Assembly: GCA_035403225.1 (NCBI GenBank)
Contig: DAONET010000009.1
Location: 5,962-69,961 of the forward strand
Direction: 5' to 3'
Source: Bacteroidales bacterium
GTDB lineage: Bacteria > Bacteroidota > Bacteroidia > Bacteroidales > FEN-979
DNA: 64,000 nt
Shown here: positions 46,658-56,460 of the stretch, piece by piece
Layout: the number at the start of each line of letters is the position of its first letter
Numbering within the stretch: the first letter of the stretch is position 1
The notes under the pieces: generated by a model
Told to the model about the DNA's origin: nothing
Databases searched by the model: none
The model's input: the letters and a program-made list of their open reading frames with translations, nothing else
Made by a program: the position numbers and the translations under genes

Positions 46658-47479
46658 ATGAAAAGAATCCCGCTTCTCGTTTTTGCCCTTTCTTTCATTC
46701 TGACCCTGAATTCCTGCAAGTTCGCGAGGATCATGAAAAGTCCGGATGTCGAAACGAAGTACAAGTCTGCCATGGATTACTATGATGCCAAGGACTATTC
46801 ACGGGCGCTTCAGCTTTTTGATCAGATAGCCGGCGTGATTCGTGCAACAGACAAGGCGCAGGATGTGAACTTCAAATATGCATACTGCTATTTTTACATG
46901 AAAGATTATACCCTGGCATCCTATTATTTCAAACGCTATTTTACCAATTACTCGAATACCACGAATGCAGAGGAAGCTCTTTTCATGAGCGCATACTGTA
47001 ACTACCTGAATTCGCCTGAATACAGCCTGGATCAGACAAGTACTTACGAAGCTATCAAAGACCTTCAGTTGTTTATCAACATCTATCCCGAAAGCAAACG
47101 TGCTTCGGAATGTAACGACCTGATCGATGACCTGAGGGCAAAACTGGAATTCAAAGATTACCGCATAGCAAGGCTTTATTACAGAATGGGAGACTTTAAT
47201 GCTGCCATCACTTCGTATAACAACCTGTTAAAAGATTATCCCGAAACTCCTCATCGCGAAGAGATCTTATTCCAGATCGTGAAAATTTACCAAAAGTATG
47301 CCGATGAGAGCATCGAGTTAAAAAAGAAAGAACGATACAATAAAGCGATTCTCGCTTATAATGACCTGTTAAAAGAATTTCCTGAAACCCGTTACCGGGA
47401 CGAAGCCAAAGTTGTGTTTGACAAGTGCAATGAGGAATTACAGCTTCTTGCACAGCCGGAAACAGGAAGAAAAAAATAA
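46658..47479 (+). CDS. bamD: Outer membrane protein assembly factor BamD (TPR lipoprotein)
   Basis: It has a lipobox (LTLNSC) and TPR-like repeats. Its position upstream of rpoZ-coaBC matches other Bacteroidota. Confidence 0.75.
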   Translation: MKRIPLLVFALSFILTLNSCKFARIMKSPDVETKYKSAMDYYDAKDYSRALQLFDQIAGVIRATDKAQDVNFKYAYCYFYMKDYTLASYYFKRYFTNYSNTTNAEEALFMSAYCNYLNSPEYSLDQTSTYEAIKDLQLFINIYPESKRASECNDLIDDLRAKLEFKDYRIARLYYRMGDFNAAITSYNNLLKDYPETPHREEILFQIVKIYQKYADESIELKKKERYNKAILAYNDLLKEFPETRYRDEAKVVFDKCNEELQLLAQPETGRKK

Positions 47480-47501
47480 CTTTTAAATCAAATCTCTCCA
47501 G

Positions 47502-47843
47502 ATGGATTATAAAAAAGTGAAAACGGACACAAACGCCATTACCCGTAACATTGAAGATTTTACTCGCGGCACAGGTAATGTCTATGAAACGGTCGTGGTG
47601 CTTTCAAAACGAGCCAACCAGATCAGTTCCGAAGTGAAAGAAGAGTTGAATCAGAAGATCTCCGAATTTGCGACGACCACTGATAACCTTGAGGAGGTCT
47701 TTGAAAACCGGGAACAGATTGAAATCGCCAAGTATTTTGAACACCTTCCGAAACCGACGCTGATTGCTGTCCAGGAATACATGAACGACGAATTATATAT
47801 CCGCAATCCGGATACCGGAGAAGCGGAAGAATCGGCTGAATAA
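47502..47843 (+). CDS. rpoZ: DNA-directed RNA polymerase subunit omega (Bacteroidota type)
   Basis: The 113-aa protein contains TGNVYETVVVLSKRANQIS and LPKPTLIAVQE, matching remembered Bacteroidota omega sequences and synteny. Confidence 0.7.
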   Translation: MDYKKVKTDTNAITRNIEDFTRGTGNVYETVVVLSKRANQISSEVKEELNQKISEFATTTDNLEEVFENREQIEIAKYFEHLPKPTLIAVQEYMNDELYIRNPDTGEAEESAE

Positions 47844-47854
47844 AATCAGTCCTG

Positions 47855-49066
47855 ATGCTGAAAGGGAAAAAAATAGTCATTGGGATCACCGGAAGCATTG
47901 CTGCTTACAAAATCCCGTTTCTGGTCCGACTCCTGGTAAAAGAAGAGGCGGAAGTAAGAGTGATCATGACGCCTTCGGCAAAGGATTTTGTTACTCCCCT
48001 GACACTTGCCACTCTCTCCAGAAATGATGTGATCTTTCACCCGTTTGATCAACAAACCGGTGCATGGAATAGTCATGTGGAGCTTGGAACGTGGGCCGAC
48101 CTGATGCTTTTTGCACCTGTCACGGCCTGTACCCTCGGGAAAATGGCTTCCGGCGTGGCAGATAATTTCCTTGTCACCGCTTACCTGTCGGCTAAATGTC
48201 CGGTGATGATCGCCCCGGCCATGGACCTGGATATGTATAACCATCCTTCCACCCGGAAAAATGTCGAGATTCTCAAGTCATACGGGAATCAGATCATCGA
48301 GCCTCAGACCGGAGAACTGGCAAGCGGCCTTTCCGGCCCTGGCAGGCTGGAAGAACCGGAACGGATACTCGAGATTATCCGTAATTTTTTTTTTAGATCT
48401 GAAGAATTAGCCGGGAAGAAAATCCTGATCACGGCCGGACCTACCTACGAAGAGATAGATCCGGTACGTTTTATTGGAAACCGCTCCTCCGGAAAAATGG
48501 GATTCGCCCTTGCTGAAGAAGGCGCTGCCCGTGGCGCCGAAGTCACGCTCATCTCCGGACCGGTACACCTGAATACACATCATCCGGCTGTCAGAAGAAT
48601 AAACGTCATTTCCGCCGCTGATATGTACGAAGCGGTGATGAAATTCGCTCCGGAAGCAGACATTATCATGATGGCGGCCGCTGTCGCCGATTATTCCCCC
48701 CGGGAGAAAGCGCCTTCAAAAATCAAAAAACATCGTGAAGAACTGACCATCCATGTTGTTCCTACCGTGGATATCCTTTCCGAGCTCGGTAAAAACAGGA
48801 AACAAGGCCAGATCCTCGTCGGATTTGCCCTTGAAACAAATAATGAAGAGGAAAACGCGAAAAAGAAACTGAAAGAGAAAAACGTGGATATGGTCGTGCT
48901 GAATTCTCTTCAGGATACCGGGGCCGGTTTTGATCACCCGACTAACAAAGTGACGATTTTCCTTCGCAATGGAGAACAGGTCTCGGGTGATCTCAAAAGA
49001 AAAGATCAGGTGGCATGCGATATTTTCGATACTCTTGCGTTATTATCTAAACCCTCACAACCATGA
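47855..49066 (+). CDS. coaBC: Bifunctional phosphopantothenoylcysteine decarboxylase / phosphopantothenate-cysteine ligase
   Basis: It has an N-terminal flavoprotein motif (GITGSIAAYK) and a C-terminal CoaB domain (ITAGPTYEEIDPVRFIGNRSSGKMG). Confidence 0.9.
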   Translation: MLKGKKIVIGITGSIAAYKIPFLVRLLVKEEAEVRVIMTPSAKDFVTPLTLATLSRNDVIFHPFDQQTGAWNSHVELGTWADLMLFAPVTACTLGKMASGVADNFLVTAYLSAKCPVMIAPAMDLDMYNHPSTRKNVEILKSYGNQIIEPQTGELASGLSGPGRLEEPERILEIIRNFFFRSEELAGKKILITAGPTYEEIDPVRFIGNRSSGKMGFALAEEGAARGAEVTLISGPVHLNTHHPAVRRINVISAADMYEAVMKFAPEADIIMMAAAVADYSPREKAPSKIKKHREELTIHVVPTVDILSELGKNRKQGQILVGFALETNNEEENAKKKLKEKNVDMVVLNSLQDTGAGFDHPTNKVTIFLRNGEQVSGDLKRKDQVACDIFDTLALLSKPSQP

Positions 49067-49977
49067 AGTCATTGAAAACCCTCCTCGTGGTGATGCTGTT
49101 GCTCCTCACTGCAGGATCCATGAAGGGACAGGAGTTTAACTGCATGATCAGCGTTCAGTTGGAGAAGGTCGAAGCGGCAGATAAAAAGATCTTTGAGACG
49201 CTTCAGACAGCCATTTATGAATTCATGAATAACCGCAAATGGACCAACTACGATATCCGGCTGGAAGAACGAATTGAATGTACCCTCCTGATATCCATTA
49301 AAGATCGCCCCAGTACGGACGAATTCAGGGGATCGATCAACGTGGTGCTTCGCCGGCCGATATACAATACTTCCTATAATTCGGTACTTCTAAATCATTT
49401 AGATAAAGACTTTTACTTTAAATATTCCGAGTACCAGCCGCTGGATTATTCCGACGGCTCTTTCTCTTCCAACCTGACCCAGGTACTGGCTTATTATGCC
49501 AACATCATGCTTGGTTTTTATTTCGATTCCTTCAGTCTCGACGGCGGCTCGCCTTTCTTTAACAAGGCCATGGAAATCGTCAATGTTGCCCAAAGCGCTC
49601 CCGAACCGGGATGGAAATCATACGACAGCCAGAAAAACCGTTACTGGCTGATTGAAAATATATTGAATAGCAGCACTTCCGGCATCCGGAATTTCGTGTA
49701 CAAATATCACCGGCTCGGTCTTGATCAGATGTATGACAAAAATGACCTGGGACGGACTGCTATCACGGAAAGTCTGAATCTGCTGAACGATGTTTACAAT
49801 GCCAAACCAGGACTTTATCTGCTTCAGATGATTCTTGATGCAAAAAAAGATGAATTTGTAAACATTTATTCCGACTCCAAGGTTCCTCCCATGGAAAAAA
49901 ATAATGTGGTGAATATCCTGAAAGAAATTGATCCGGCCAATGGATCAAAATATCTTACTATCTTAGAGTCGAAATAA
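49063..49977 (+). CDS. porD: DUF4835 family protein (annotated in recent databases as T9SS protein PorD)
   Basis: It has a signal peptide, an ATGA overlap with coaBC and the conserved coaBC-DUF4835-recN synteny. The family assignment is from memory. Confidence 0.6.
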   Translation: MKSLKTLLVVMLLLLTAGSMKGQEFNCMISVQLEKVEAADKKIFETLQTAIYEFMNNRKWTNYDIRLEERIECTLLISIKDRPSTDEFRGSINVVLRRPIYNTSYNSVLLNHLDKDFYFKYSEYQPLDYSDGSFSSNLTQVLAYYANIMLGFYFDSFSLDGGSPFFNKAMEIVNVAQSAPEPGWKSYDSQKNRYWLIENILNSSTSGIRNFVYKYHRLGLDQMYDKNDLGRTAITESLNLLNDVYNAKPGLYLLQMILDAKKDEFVNIYSDSKVPPMEKNNVVNILKEIDPANGSKYLTILESK

Positions 49978-50016
49978 TTCGAGTCTGATTCACATTTTTA
50001 TATTTTACTGATTAAC

Positions 50017-51675
50017 ATGCTGTTAAAGCTATTCATCGAAAATTATGCTTTAATTGATAAGTTGGAGATTGAATTCTCCGACGGGCTTACGGTAATCACC
50101 GGGGAAACAGGCGCCGGGAAGTCCATCCTGGTCGGAGCTCTGTCACTGATCCTGGGAGGAAGAGCCGACACAACGGTTCTCACCGATCCGGGCAGGAAAT
50201 GTATTGTGGAAGGGTTAGTGCAACTTTCACGTTATGAGGGACTCAGGGAGTTCTTTTCGAATAATGATATTGATTATGATGATCATACGGTTATCCGTCG
50301 TGAAATTGCTCCCGGAGGAAAATCAAGAGCCTTTATCAACGATACTCCGGTCAGTGTCTCTCAACTGAAAGAGTTAGGCGAACAACTGGTAAATATCCAC
50401 TCGCAGCATTCTGTCATCACCCTGAATGATCCTTCTTTTCAACTGGCCGTGGTGGATGATTATGCGCGTAATCAGCAGGATCTGGTGAAATACAGAGATT
50501 TGTTCCGGGATTACACGGAACAAGGGCGAATTCTTGCCGGATTGCTTGAAACGGAGAAGAAAAGCAAAGCCGAACAGGATTATTATCAGTTCGTGTTGGA
50601 TGAACTGGAAAAAGCCAACCTGGTGGAAGGAGAACAGGAGGAGTTGGAACAACAACAGGAGGTCCTTGCTCATGCCGGTGAGATCAAATCGTGTTTGTTA
50701 AGATCAATCCAGGAACTTTCGGGAGAGGAAGTAAGTTTACTCTCCGTGCTTTCAGGGATTATCAACGCCTTGGGAACTGTTTCCGGCTATCGGAATGATA
50801 TTAAAGTAATAGTTGAAAGACTTAAGTCTAACCAGATAGATATCAAGGATATATTATCTGAAATAGAACATATTGAACCAACCATTTCCTTCGATCAGGC
50901 CGAGAGTGATGCTACTTCTTCGCGACTTGATTTGATATACCGGTTAGAAAAGAAACACCTGGTGCAATCGGTAGGGGAATTGATTACGGTCCGCGAGGAT
51001 ATTGCCGCGCGGTTAGGAAAAACGATCCGGATGGGTGAGCAGATCGTCGAACTGGAGAAAAAAATGGCGCAGGAAGAAGCAGAACTGAAGTCCCTGGCCC
51101 GGGGTATTTCCGGTAAACGTACCGCCGCCATTCCTCCTCTGGAAAAAGAGATGGTCAGGCTGCTCACGCTGCTGGGTATGCCATTTGCCCGGTTTAGCGT
51201 GATGATTGAACAGGGCGATGTACTGAAAAAGGATGGGTTTGATCGTGTTAAGTTCCTGTTTTCCGCCAACAAGGGAGTTGAATTGAATGATCTGTCAAAA
51301 GTGGCTTCCGGAGGTGAGTTATCCCGACTGATGCTGAGCATCAAATCGTTGCTCACCAGGAAAAACCTGCTTCCCACCGTGATCTTTGATGAGATTGACA
51401 GTGGCATTTCCGGAGAGATCGCCGGGAAAGTAGGGAGCATTATGAAGAACATGTCGAAGCACATGCAGGTGATCGTGATCACGCATCTCCCGCAGATTGC
51501 AGGGAAAGGCGATTCTCATCTGTGGGTTTATAAGAAAGACAGTACCGACGTGACCCGATCGATGATCCGGAAACTTACCGACGGAGAACGGGTGAAGGAA
51601 ATTGCCCGGATGTTAAGCAGTGAAAAAGTCACGGAAGCGGCAGTAATGACGGCCAGGGAATTGCTGAAAGATTAA
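50017..51675 (+). CDS. recN: DNA repair protein RecN
   Basis: It has Walker A GETGAGKSIL, a coiled-coil middle region, the C-terminal ASGGELSR signature and FDEIDSGISG. Confidence 0.95.
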   Translation: MLLKLFIENYALIDKLEIEFSDGLTVITGETGAGKSILVGALSLILGGRADTTVLTDPGRKCIVEGLVQLSRYEGLREFFSNNDIDYDDHTVIRREIAPGGKSRAFINDTPVSVSQLKELGEQLVNIHSQHSVITLNDPSFQLAVVDDYARNQQDLVKYRDLFRDYTEQGRILAGLLETEKKSKAEQDYYQFVLDELEKANLVEGEQEELEQQQEVLAHAGEIKSCLLRSIQELSGEEVSLLSVLSGIINALGTVSGYRNDIKVIVERLKSNQIDIKDILSEIEHIEPTISFDQAESDATSSRLDLIYRLEKKHLVQSVGELITVREDIAARLGKTIRMGEQIVELEKKMAQEEAELKSLARGISGKRTAAIPPLEKEMVRLLTLLGMPFARFSVMIEQGDVLKKDGFDRVKFLFSANKGVELNDLSKVASGGELSRLMLSIKSLLTRKNLLPTVIFDEIDSGISGEIAGKVGSIMKNMSKHMQVIVITHLPQIAGKGDSHLWVYKKDSTDVTRSMIRKLTDGERVKEIARMLSSEKVTEAAVMTARELLKD

Positions 51676-51703
51676 TGTTTCATCTGATTTATTGATCGAA
51701 GAA

Positions 51704-52534
51704 ATGACCGGTAATTTATTATCAGGAAAGAAAGGCATCATATTCGGAGCGCTGGACAATAATTCCATCGCTTGGAAAGTTGCCGAGAAAGTATGTGATG
51801 AAGGAGCGATCATTACGTTAACCAATACTCCTTCGGCAATCCGTATCGGGCAGATCAGCGAGTTGGCCCTTTCGTGTAATGCCCGGGTCATTCCGGCCGA
51901 TGCTACCAATGAAGAGGACCTGGAGAAGGTTTTCAGGGAATCCGTGGAAATACTGGGAGGGAAGATTGATTTTGTACTTCACGCCATCGCCATGTCCATG
52001 AACGTCAGAAAAAAAAATAATTACGATAAGCTGAATTACGATTTCTATCACAAAACCCTCGACATCTCTGCCATTTCGTTCCATAAAATGCTTCAGGTGG
52101 CTAAAAAGCTTGATGCCATCAACGAGTGGGGGTCGGTGGTAGCGCTTACCTATATCGCTTCCCAACGGTCATTTTACGGGTATAACGACATGGCAGATGC
52201 TAAAGCGTTGCTGGAATCCATTTGCCGCAATTTCGGCCATATCTATGGGATCGAAAAGCATGTACGCATCAATACCGTTTCACAATCACCCACTCCAACC
52301 ACTGCCACCGGTCTTATTAAAGACATGGACGCTATAATGGACTATGCCGGTCGGATGTCACCCCTCGGCAATGCTACGGCAGAGGAATGTGCCGGCTTCT
52401 GTACGCTATTGTTCTCAGACCTCACCAGGAAGGTCACTATGCAGAACCTTTTCCATGATGGAGGATTCTCTGCCATGGGAATGAGCCACAGTGTAATGGA
52501 GCCCTACAGCCAGGTCACCAGGGAGCGGCCGTAA
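51704..52534 (+). CDS. fabI: Enoyl-ACP reductase FabI
   Basis: It has KKGIIFGALDNNSIAW and the Y-x6-K region (YGYNDMADAKA). The ATG at 51704 is preferred over the TTG at 51692. Confidence 0.85.
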   Translation: MTGNLLSGKKGIIFGALDNNSIAWKVAEKVCDEGAIITLTNTPSAIRIGQISELALSCNARVIPADATNEEDLEKVFRESVEILGGKIDFVLHAIAMSMNVRKKNNYDKLNYDFYHKTLDISAISFHKMLQVAKKLDAINEWGSVVALTYIASQRSFYGYNDMADAKALLESICRNFGHIYGIEKHVRINTVSQSPTPTTATGLIKDMDAIMDYAGRMSPLGNATAEECAGFCTLLFSDLTRKVTMQNLFHDGGFSAMGMSHSVMEPYSQVTRERP

Positions 52535-52563
52535 AAAGTTGCTTTGAACTTACCCTTTTTTCG

Positions 52564-52571
52564 TATCTTTG
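52564..52571 (+). promoter_or_regulatory. Candidate -7 box (TATCTTTG) for the etf operon
   Basis: It fits TAnnTTTG and lies 40 nt upstream of the etfB ATG. Confidence 0.5.
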
Positions 52572-52611
52572 CCGCTTGAAATCAGCCTTTTTTTATTTAA
52601 ATTATCTGTAA

Positions 52612-53361
52612 ATGAAGATATTAGTTTGTATTAGCCATGTGCCTGACACAACCACCAGGGTTAAATTTATTGATGATTTTAAAAAATTGGATACCGCTGG
52701 TATTCAGTGGGTTATTAATCCATGGGATGAGTTGTCTCTGACCCGCGCTCTTGAATTGAAAGATGATAAAGCGAACGGGATTGAGAAAGTAACGGTTGCT
52801 CATGTAGGAACCATTGCCACCGAACCGACGATCAGAAAAGCCCTGGCAATCGGCGCTGATGATGCGATCAGGGTGGATGCTGAACCTTCCGATGCCTATT
52901 TTGTAGCGGAGCAACTGGCAGAAGTCATTAAAAAGGAGCCATATGACATTATCTTCTGCGGAATAGAATCAAGCGATTATAATGGATCCATGGTAGGAGG
53001 GATGCTGGCAGAATTCTTAGGATATCCTTCTGTTTCCGCCGTTTCTTCCTTAACTATCGAGAACGGACAACCGGTGATCACGCGCGAAATTGACGGCGGC
53101 AAGGAAATTCTTTGTGTTCCGGCGCCTGTCGTGGCCATTGTGCAGAAGGGGATTGCCAAAGAACCCCGTATTGCGGCCATGCGCGGCATCATGATGGCCC
53201 GTACCAAACCCATCAGAGTGATTGCTCCGGCAGTCGTGTCGCCCGTTAGCGAACTGGTTGGATACGAAATGCCCAAGCCAAGGGCTGCTTGTAAATTTGT
53301 TGATGCGGAAAATCCGAAACAATTAATCGAACTGCTTCAGAATGAGGCGAAAGTAATCTGA
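52612..53361 (+). CDS. etfB: Electron transfer flavoprotein subunit beta
   Basis: It has an MKILVCISHVPDTT start and an ETF beta pattern, and is followed by etfA. Confidence 0.9.
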   Translation: MKILVCISHVPDTTTRVKFIDDFKKLDTAGIQWVINPWDELSLTRALELKDDKANGIEKVTVAHVGTIATEPTIRKALAIGADDAIRVDAEPSDAYFVAEQLAEVIKKEPYDIIFCGIESSDYNGSMVGGMLAEFLGYPSVSAVSSLTIENGQPVITREIDGGKEILCVPAPVVAIVQKGIAKEPRIAAMRGIMMARTKPIRVIAPAVVSPVSELVGYEMPKPRAACKFVDAENPKQLIELLQNEAKVI

Positions 53362-53392
53362 TCAATAATCAAAGAAAAACAACAACCAAGAT

Positions 53393-54364
53393 ATGTCTGT
53401 ATTAGTATTTCTTGAAAACTGGGATGGTAAATTTAAAAAATTCACTTTCGAATTGGCTTCTTATGCTGCAAAAGTAGCGGAGATGCTGAATACCACCCCT
53501 GTAGCGTTATCACTTGGCACAGTGGAACAATCCGAACTGGAAAAAGTCTGTAAATATGGAATCAGCCGGATCATCTCGGCTTCGAATCCTGAACTTTCCG
53601 TTTTGGATAACCAGGTATATACCTCGGTCATTGCCGGCATTGCCAAACAGGAAAACACCACTGTCATTGTTTTAGCTAACAACAATACGGGTAAAGCGCT
53701 GGCGCCAAGGTTATCGGCCAGGCTTCAGGCTGCTGTCGGATCAGGTGTCAGCAAGCTTCCTCTCAGCACGGAACCCTTCGTTATTTATAAAAAGGTATTT
53801 TCTGGTAACGCTTTTGCAGATGTAGCGCTGAAAAGCGCGGTGAAAATTCTGACCTTATCTCAGAATTCTTTCGATTTGATTGAGAATCCTGTTACCCCGG
53901 CGATTGAATCTGTTCAGGCTTCCATTGAGCCCGGCATGATGAAAACGCAGGTGAAAGAAGTCCAGAAACAAACTGGCAAGATCCTTCTTACCGATGCCGA
54001 GATTGTCGTCTCTGGTGGCCGTGGAATGAAATCCCCTGATAACTGGGGCCCACTGACCGAGCTGGCGGAACTTCTCGGAGCGGCTACCGCCTGTTCCCGT
54101 CCCGTTTCCGACGAAGGCTGGCGTCCCCACGAAGAGCATACCGGTCAAACCGGAAAAATCATCGCCCCGAACCTGTACATGGCCATCGGGATCTCCGGCG
54201 CCACCCAACACCTGGCTGGTATCAGCTCTTCCAAGTACATCGTTGCCATCAATACCGATAAGGATGCTCCCATCTTTGAGGCAGCCCAGTACGGCATTGT
54301 CGGCGACGCTATGAAAGTGCTCCCCAAATTGGTGGAAGCTGTTAAAGAAATTAAGAAGAATTAG
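53393..54364 (+). CDS. etfA: Electron transfer flavoprotein subunit alpha
   Basis: It has the C-terminal FAD-binding signature [18 protein letters not shown]. Confidence 0.9.
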   Translation: MSVLVFLENWDGKFKKFTFELASYAAKVAEMLNTTPVALSLGTVEQSELEKVCKYGISRIISASNPELSVLDNQVYTSVIAGIAKQENTTVIVLANNNTGKALAPRLSARLQAAVGSGVSKLPLSTEPFVIYKKVFSGNAFADVALKSAVKILTLSQNSFDLIENPVTPAIESVQASIEPGMMKTQVKEVQKQTGKILLTDAEIVVSGGRGMKSPDNWGPLTELAELLGAATACSRPVSDEGWRPHEEHTGQTGKIIAPNLYMAIGISGATQHLAGISSSKYIVAINTDKDAPIFEAAQYGIVGDAMKVLPKLVEAVKEIKKN

Positions 54365-54366
54365 CG

Positions 54367-56433
54367 ATGGCACGGCAGATCATTTTTGCGATCGCACTGC
54401 TCATTACCCTTTCCGTTTTTGCTTATTCGATCGCCCGGATCATCCGGTTTTTTAAACTTACCAGGAAAGGCTTTCCGGTCAGACATCTGGGCCGTCGTTT
54501 CAACCTGATGATGAACGTGGCTTTCGGGCAGACCAAGATCTTCCGTCGTCCGGTCATCGGTTTCTTTCACGCACTGGTTTTCTGGGGCTTCTGTGTCATT
54601 CTTTTCGGCAGCATCGAAATGGTTATCGACGGGCTGTCCGGAACCAATCAGGCACTCAGTATCCTGGGACCGGTTTACAATGTGATCATCGCCTCCGGCG
54701 ATATCTTTTCCGTGCTGGTCGGGATTTCTATCATTATTTTCCTCATCCGTCGAATCTTCCTGCATATACGGAGGTTTGAAGGGATCGAAATGAAAAAGAT
54801 CTCCCATATCGATGCGAATGTAGCGCTCACGATCATCCTCCTGCTCATGGTTTCACTGCTGGGCATGAATATCGCTGGTTTACAATACAGTAAATTGACC
54901 GGTACCGAGCATCACGGATGGTTTCCTATCAGCAAACTTATTGTAGGATGGTTCCCTGCCAACTCGGCCGATAGCGCCCTGACTTTCAAGGAAATTTTCT
55001 GGTGGACCCATATTTTACTGATTTTCCTGTTTGCTAACCTTCTCCCATACTCCAAGCATTTTCATGTTTTCCTCTCGATCCCGAATGTATTCCTTTCAAG
55101 GTTGGATCCCTTGGGAAAACTGACTACCATGGAGAGTATCACCCGTGAGGTGAAAATGATGATGGATCCTTCCACCGCCTATGCGGCTCCGGCAGCTGAT
55201 GCTCCGGTGGAACGCTTCGGAGTGAAGGATGCAGAAGATGTGGTCTGGAAAAGTTATTTCGATTCCCTTTCATGTACCGAATGCGGACGCTGCACTTCCG
55301 TTTGCCCGGCTAATTTTACGGGAAAACGTCTGTCGCCACGTAAAGTCATGATGGATCTTCGGGCCCGCATGAAGGAAAAAGGTCCGGAAATGATCAAAAA
55401 CGGGAAGGACTTTTCTGACAACAAATCCCTGGTCAGGGATTATATCACCGAAGAAGAGTTGTGGGCTTGTACTACCTGCAACGCTTGCGCCCGTGAATGT
55501 CCCATTGATATCAATCAGCCTTCTCTGATCATCGAGATGAGACGCTACCTGGTGATGGAAGAAGGATCAGCGCCCGGCGGGCTGAAAACGATGTTCAGCA
55601 ACATCGAAAACAATGGAGCTCCCTGGCAGTATTCTCCCGAAGACCGTGCTATTCCTGATGCACCGGTGATGGCTGACCTTTTTGCCCGCGGCGAAAAACC
55701 GGAATATCTCTTCTGGGTTGGCTGTGCAGGTGCATACGATGACCGGTATAAGAAAGTGACCAGGGCCTTTATGAAGATCATGGACCATTTGAAGGTCAGT
55801 TATGCTGTGCTGGGTAAAGAAGAATCCTGCACCGGCGATCCTGCCCGCAGAGCCGGTAATGAAATGCTTTATCAAATGCAGGCTCTTCAGAATATTTCAG
55901 TGTTAGATAATTATCAGGTAAAGAAGATTCTGACCATATGCCCGCATTGCTATAACATCTTTAAAAATGAGTATCCTGACCTTGGCGGCAACTATGAAGT
56001 GGAAAATTACATCACTTTCCTCGACAGAGCTATCACCGAAGGAAAGCTGGTCCTTGACGGAACTATTTTAAAGGATGCGAAGATCACTTACCACGACCCG
56101 TGTTACCTGGGCCGCGCCAACGATATCTATGCGGAACCCCGTTCCATCCTGAAACAACTGACGGATAACCTTACGGAAATGGACCGCAACCACAGCTTCT
56201 CCATGTGTTGTGGAGCAGGTGGCGCCCAGATGTTCAAAGAAGCAGAACCCGGGGAAAAGGAAGTTTTCATGGAAAGAACGGAGCAAGCCCTTGCTACCGG
56301 CGCTTCCGTGATCGCTACTGCCTGCCCGTTCTGCATGAATATGATCACCGACGGGATCAAGTATAAAAACCGCGAGCAGGATGTAAAGAATTACGACATC
56401 GCGGAATTAATTGCACAATCACTTGGATTATAA
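54367..56433 (+). CDS. Membrane-bound Fe-S oxidoreductase (HdrD/GlpC-like CCG domains; EtfD-like candidate ETF:quinone oxidoreductase)
   Basis: About 5-6 N-terminal TM helices are followed by two CxxCxxCxxxCP motifs (CTECGRCTSVCP, CTTCNACARECP). Cys-rich CCG-type segments follow (CPHC, MCCGAGG, CPFC). The start is 3 nt after the etfA stop. Confidence 0.75.
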   Translation: MARQIIFAIALLITLSVFAYSIARIIRFFKLTRKGFPVRHLGRRFNLMMNVAFGQTKIFRRPVIGFFHALVFWGFCVILFGSIEMVIDGLSGTNQALSILGPVYNVIIASGDIFSVLVGISIIIFLIRRIFLHIRRFEGIEMKKISHIDANVALTIILLLMVSLLGMNIAGLQYSKLTGTEHHGWFPISKLIVGWFPANSADSALTFKEIFWWTHILLIFLFANLLPYSKHFHVFLSIPNVFLSRLDPLGKLTTMESITREVKMMMDPSTAYAAPAADAPVERFGVKDAEDVVWKSYFDSLSCTECGRCTSVCPANFTGKRLSPRKVMMDLRARMKEKGPEMIKNGKDFSDNKSLVRDYITEEELWACTTCNACARECPIDINQPSLIIEMRRYLVMEEGSAPGGLKTMFSNIENNGAPWQYSPEDRAIPDAPVMADLFARGEKPEYLFWVGCAGAYDDRYKKVTRAFMKIMDHLKVSYAVLGKEESCTGDPARRAGNEMLYQMQALQNISVLDNYQVKKILTICPHCYNIFKNEYPDLGGNYEVENYITFLDRAITEGKLVLDGTILKDAKITYHDPCYLGRANDIYAEPRSILKQLTDNLTEMDRNHSFSMCCGAGGAQMFKEAEPGEKEVFMERTEQALATGASVIATACPFCMNMITDGIKYKNREQDVKNYDIAELIAQSLGL

Positions 56434-56460
56434 AACCAACAGATACGTAAACCAATCAGT

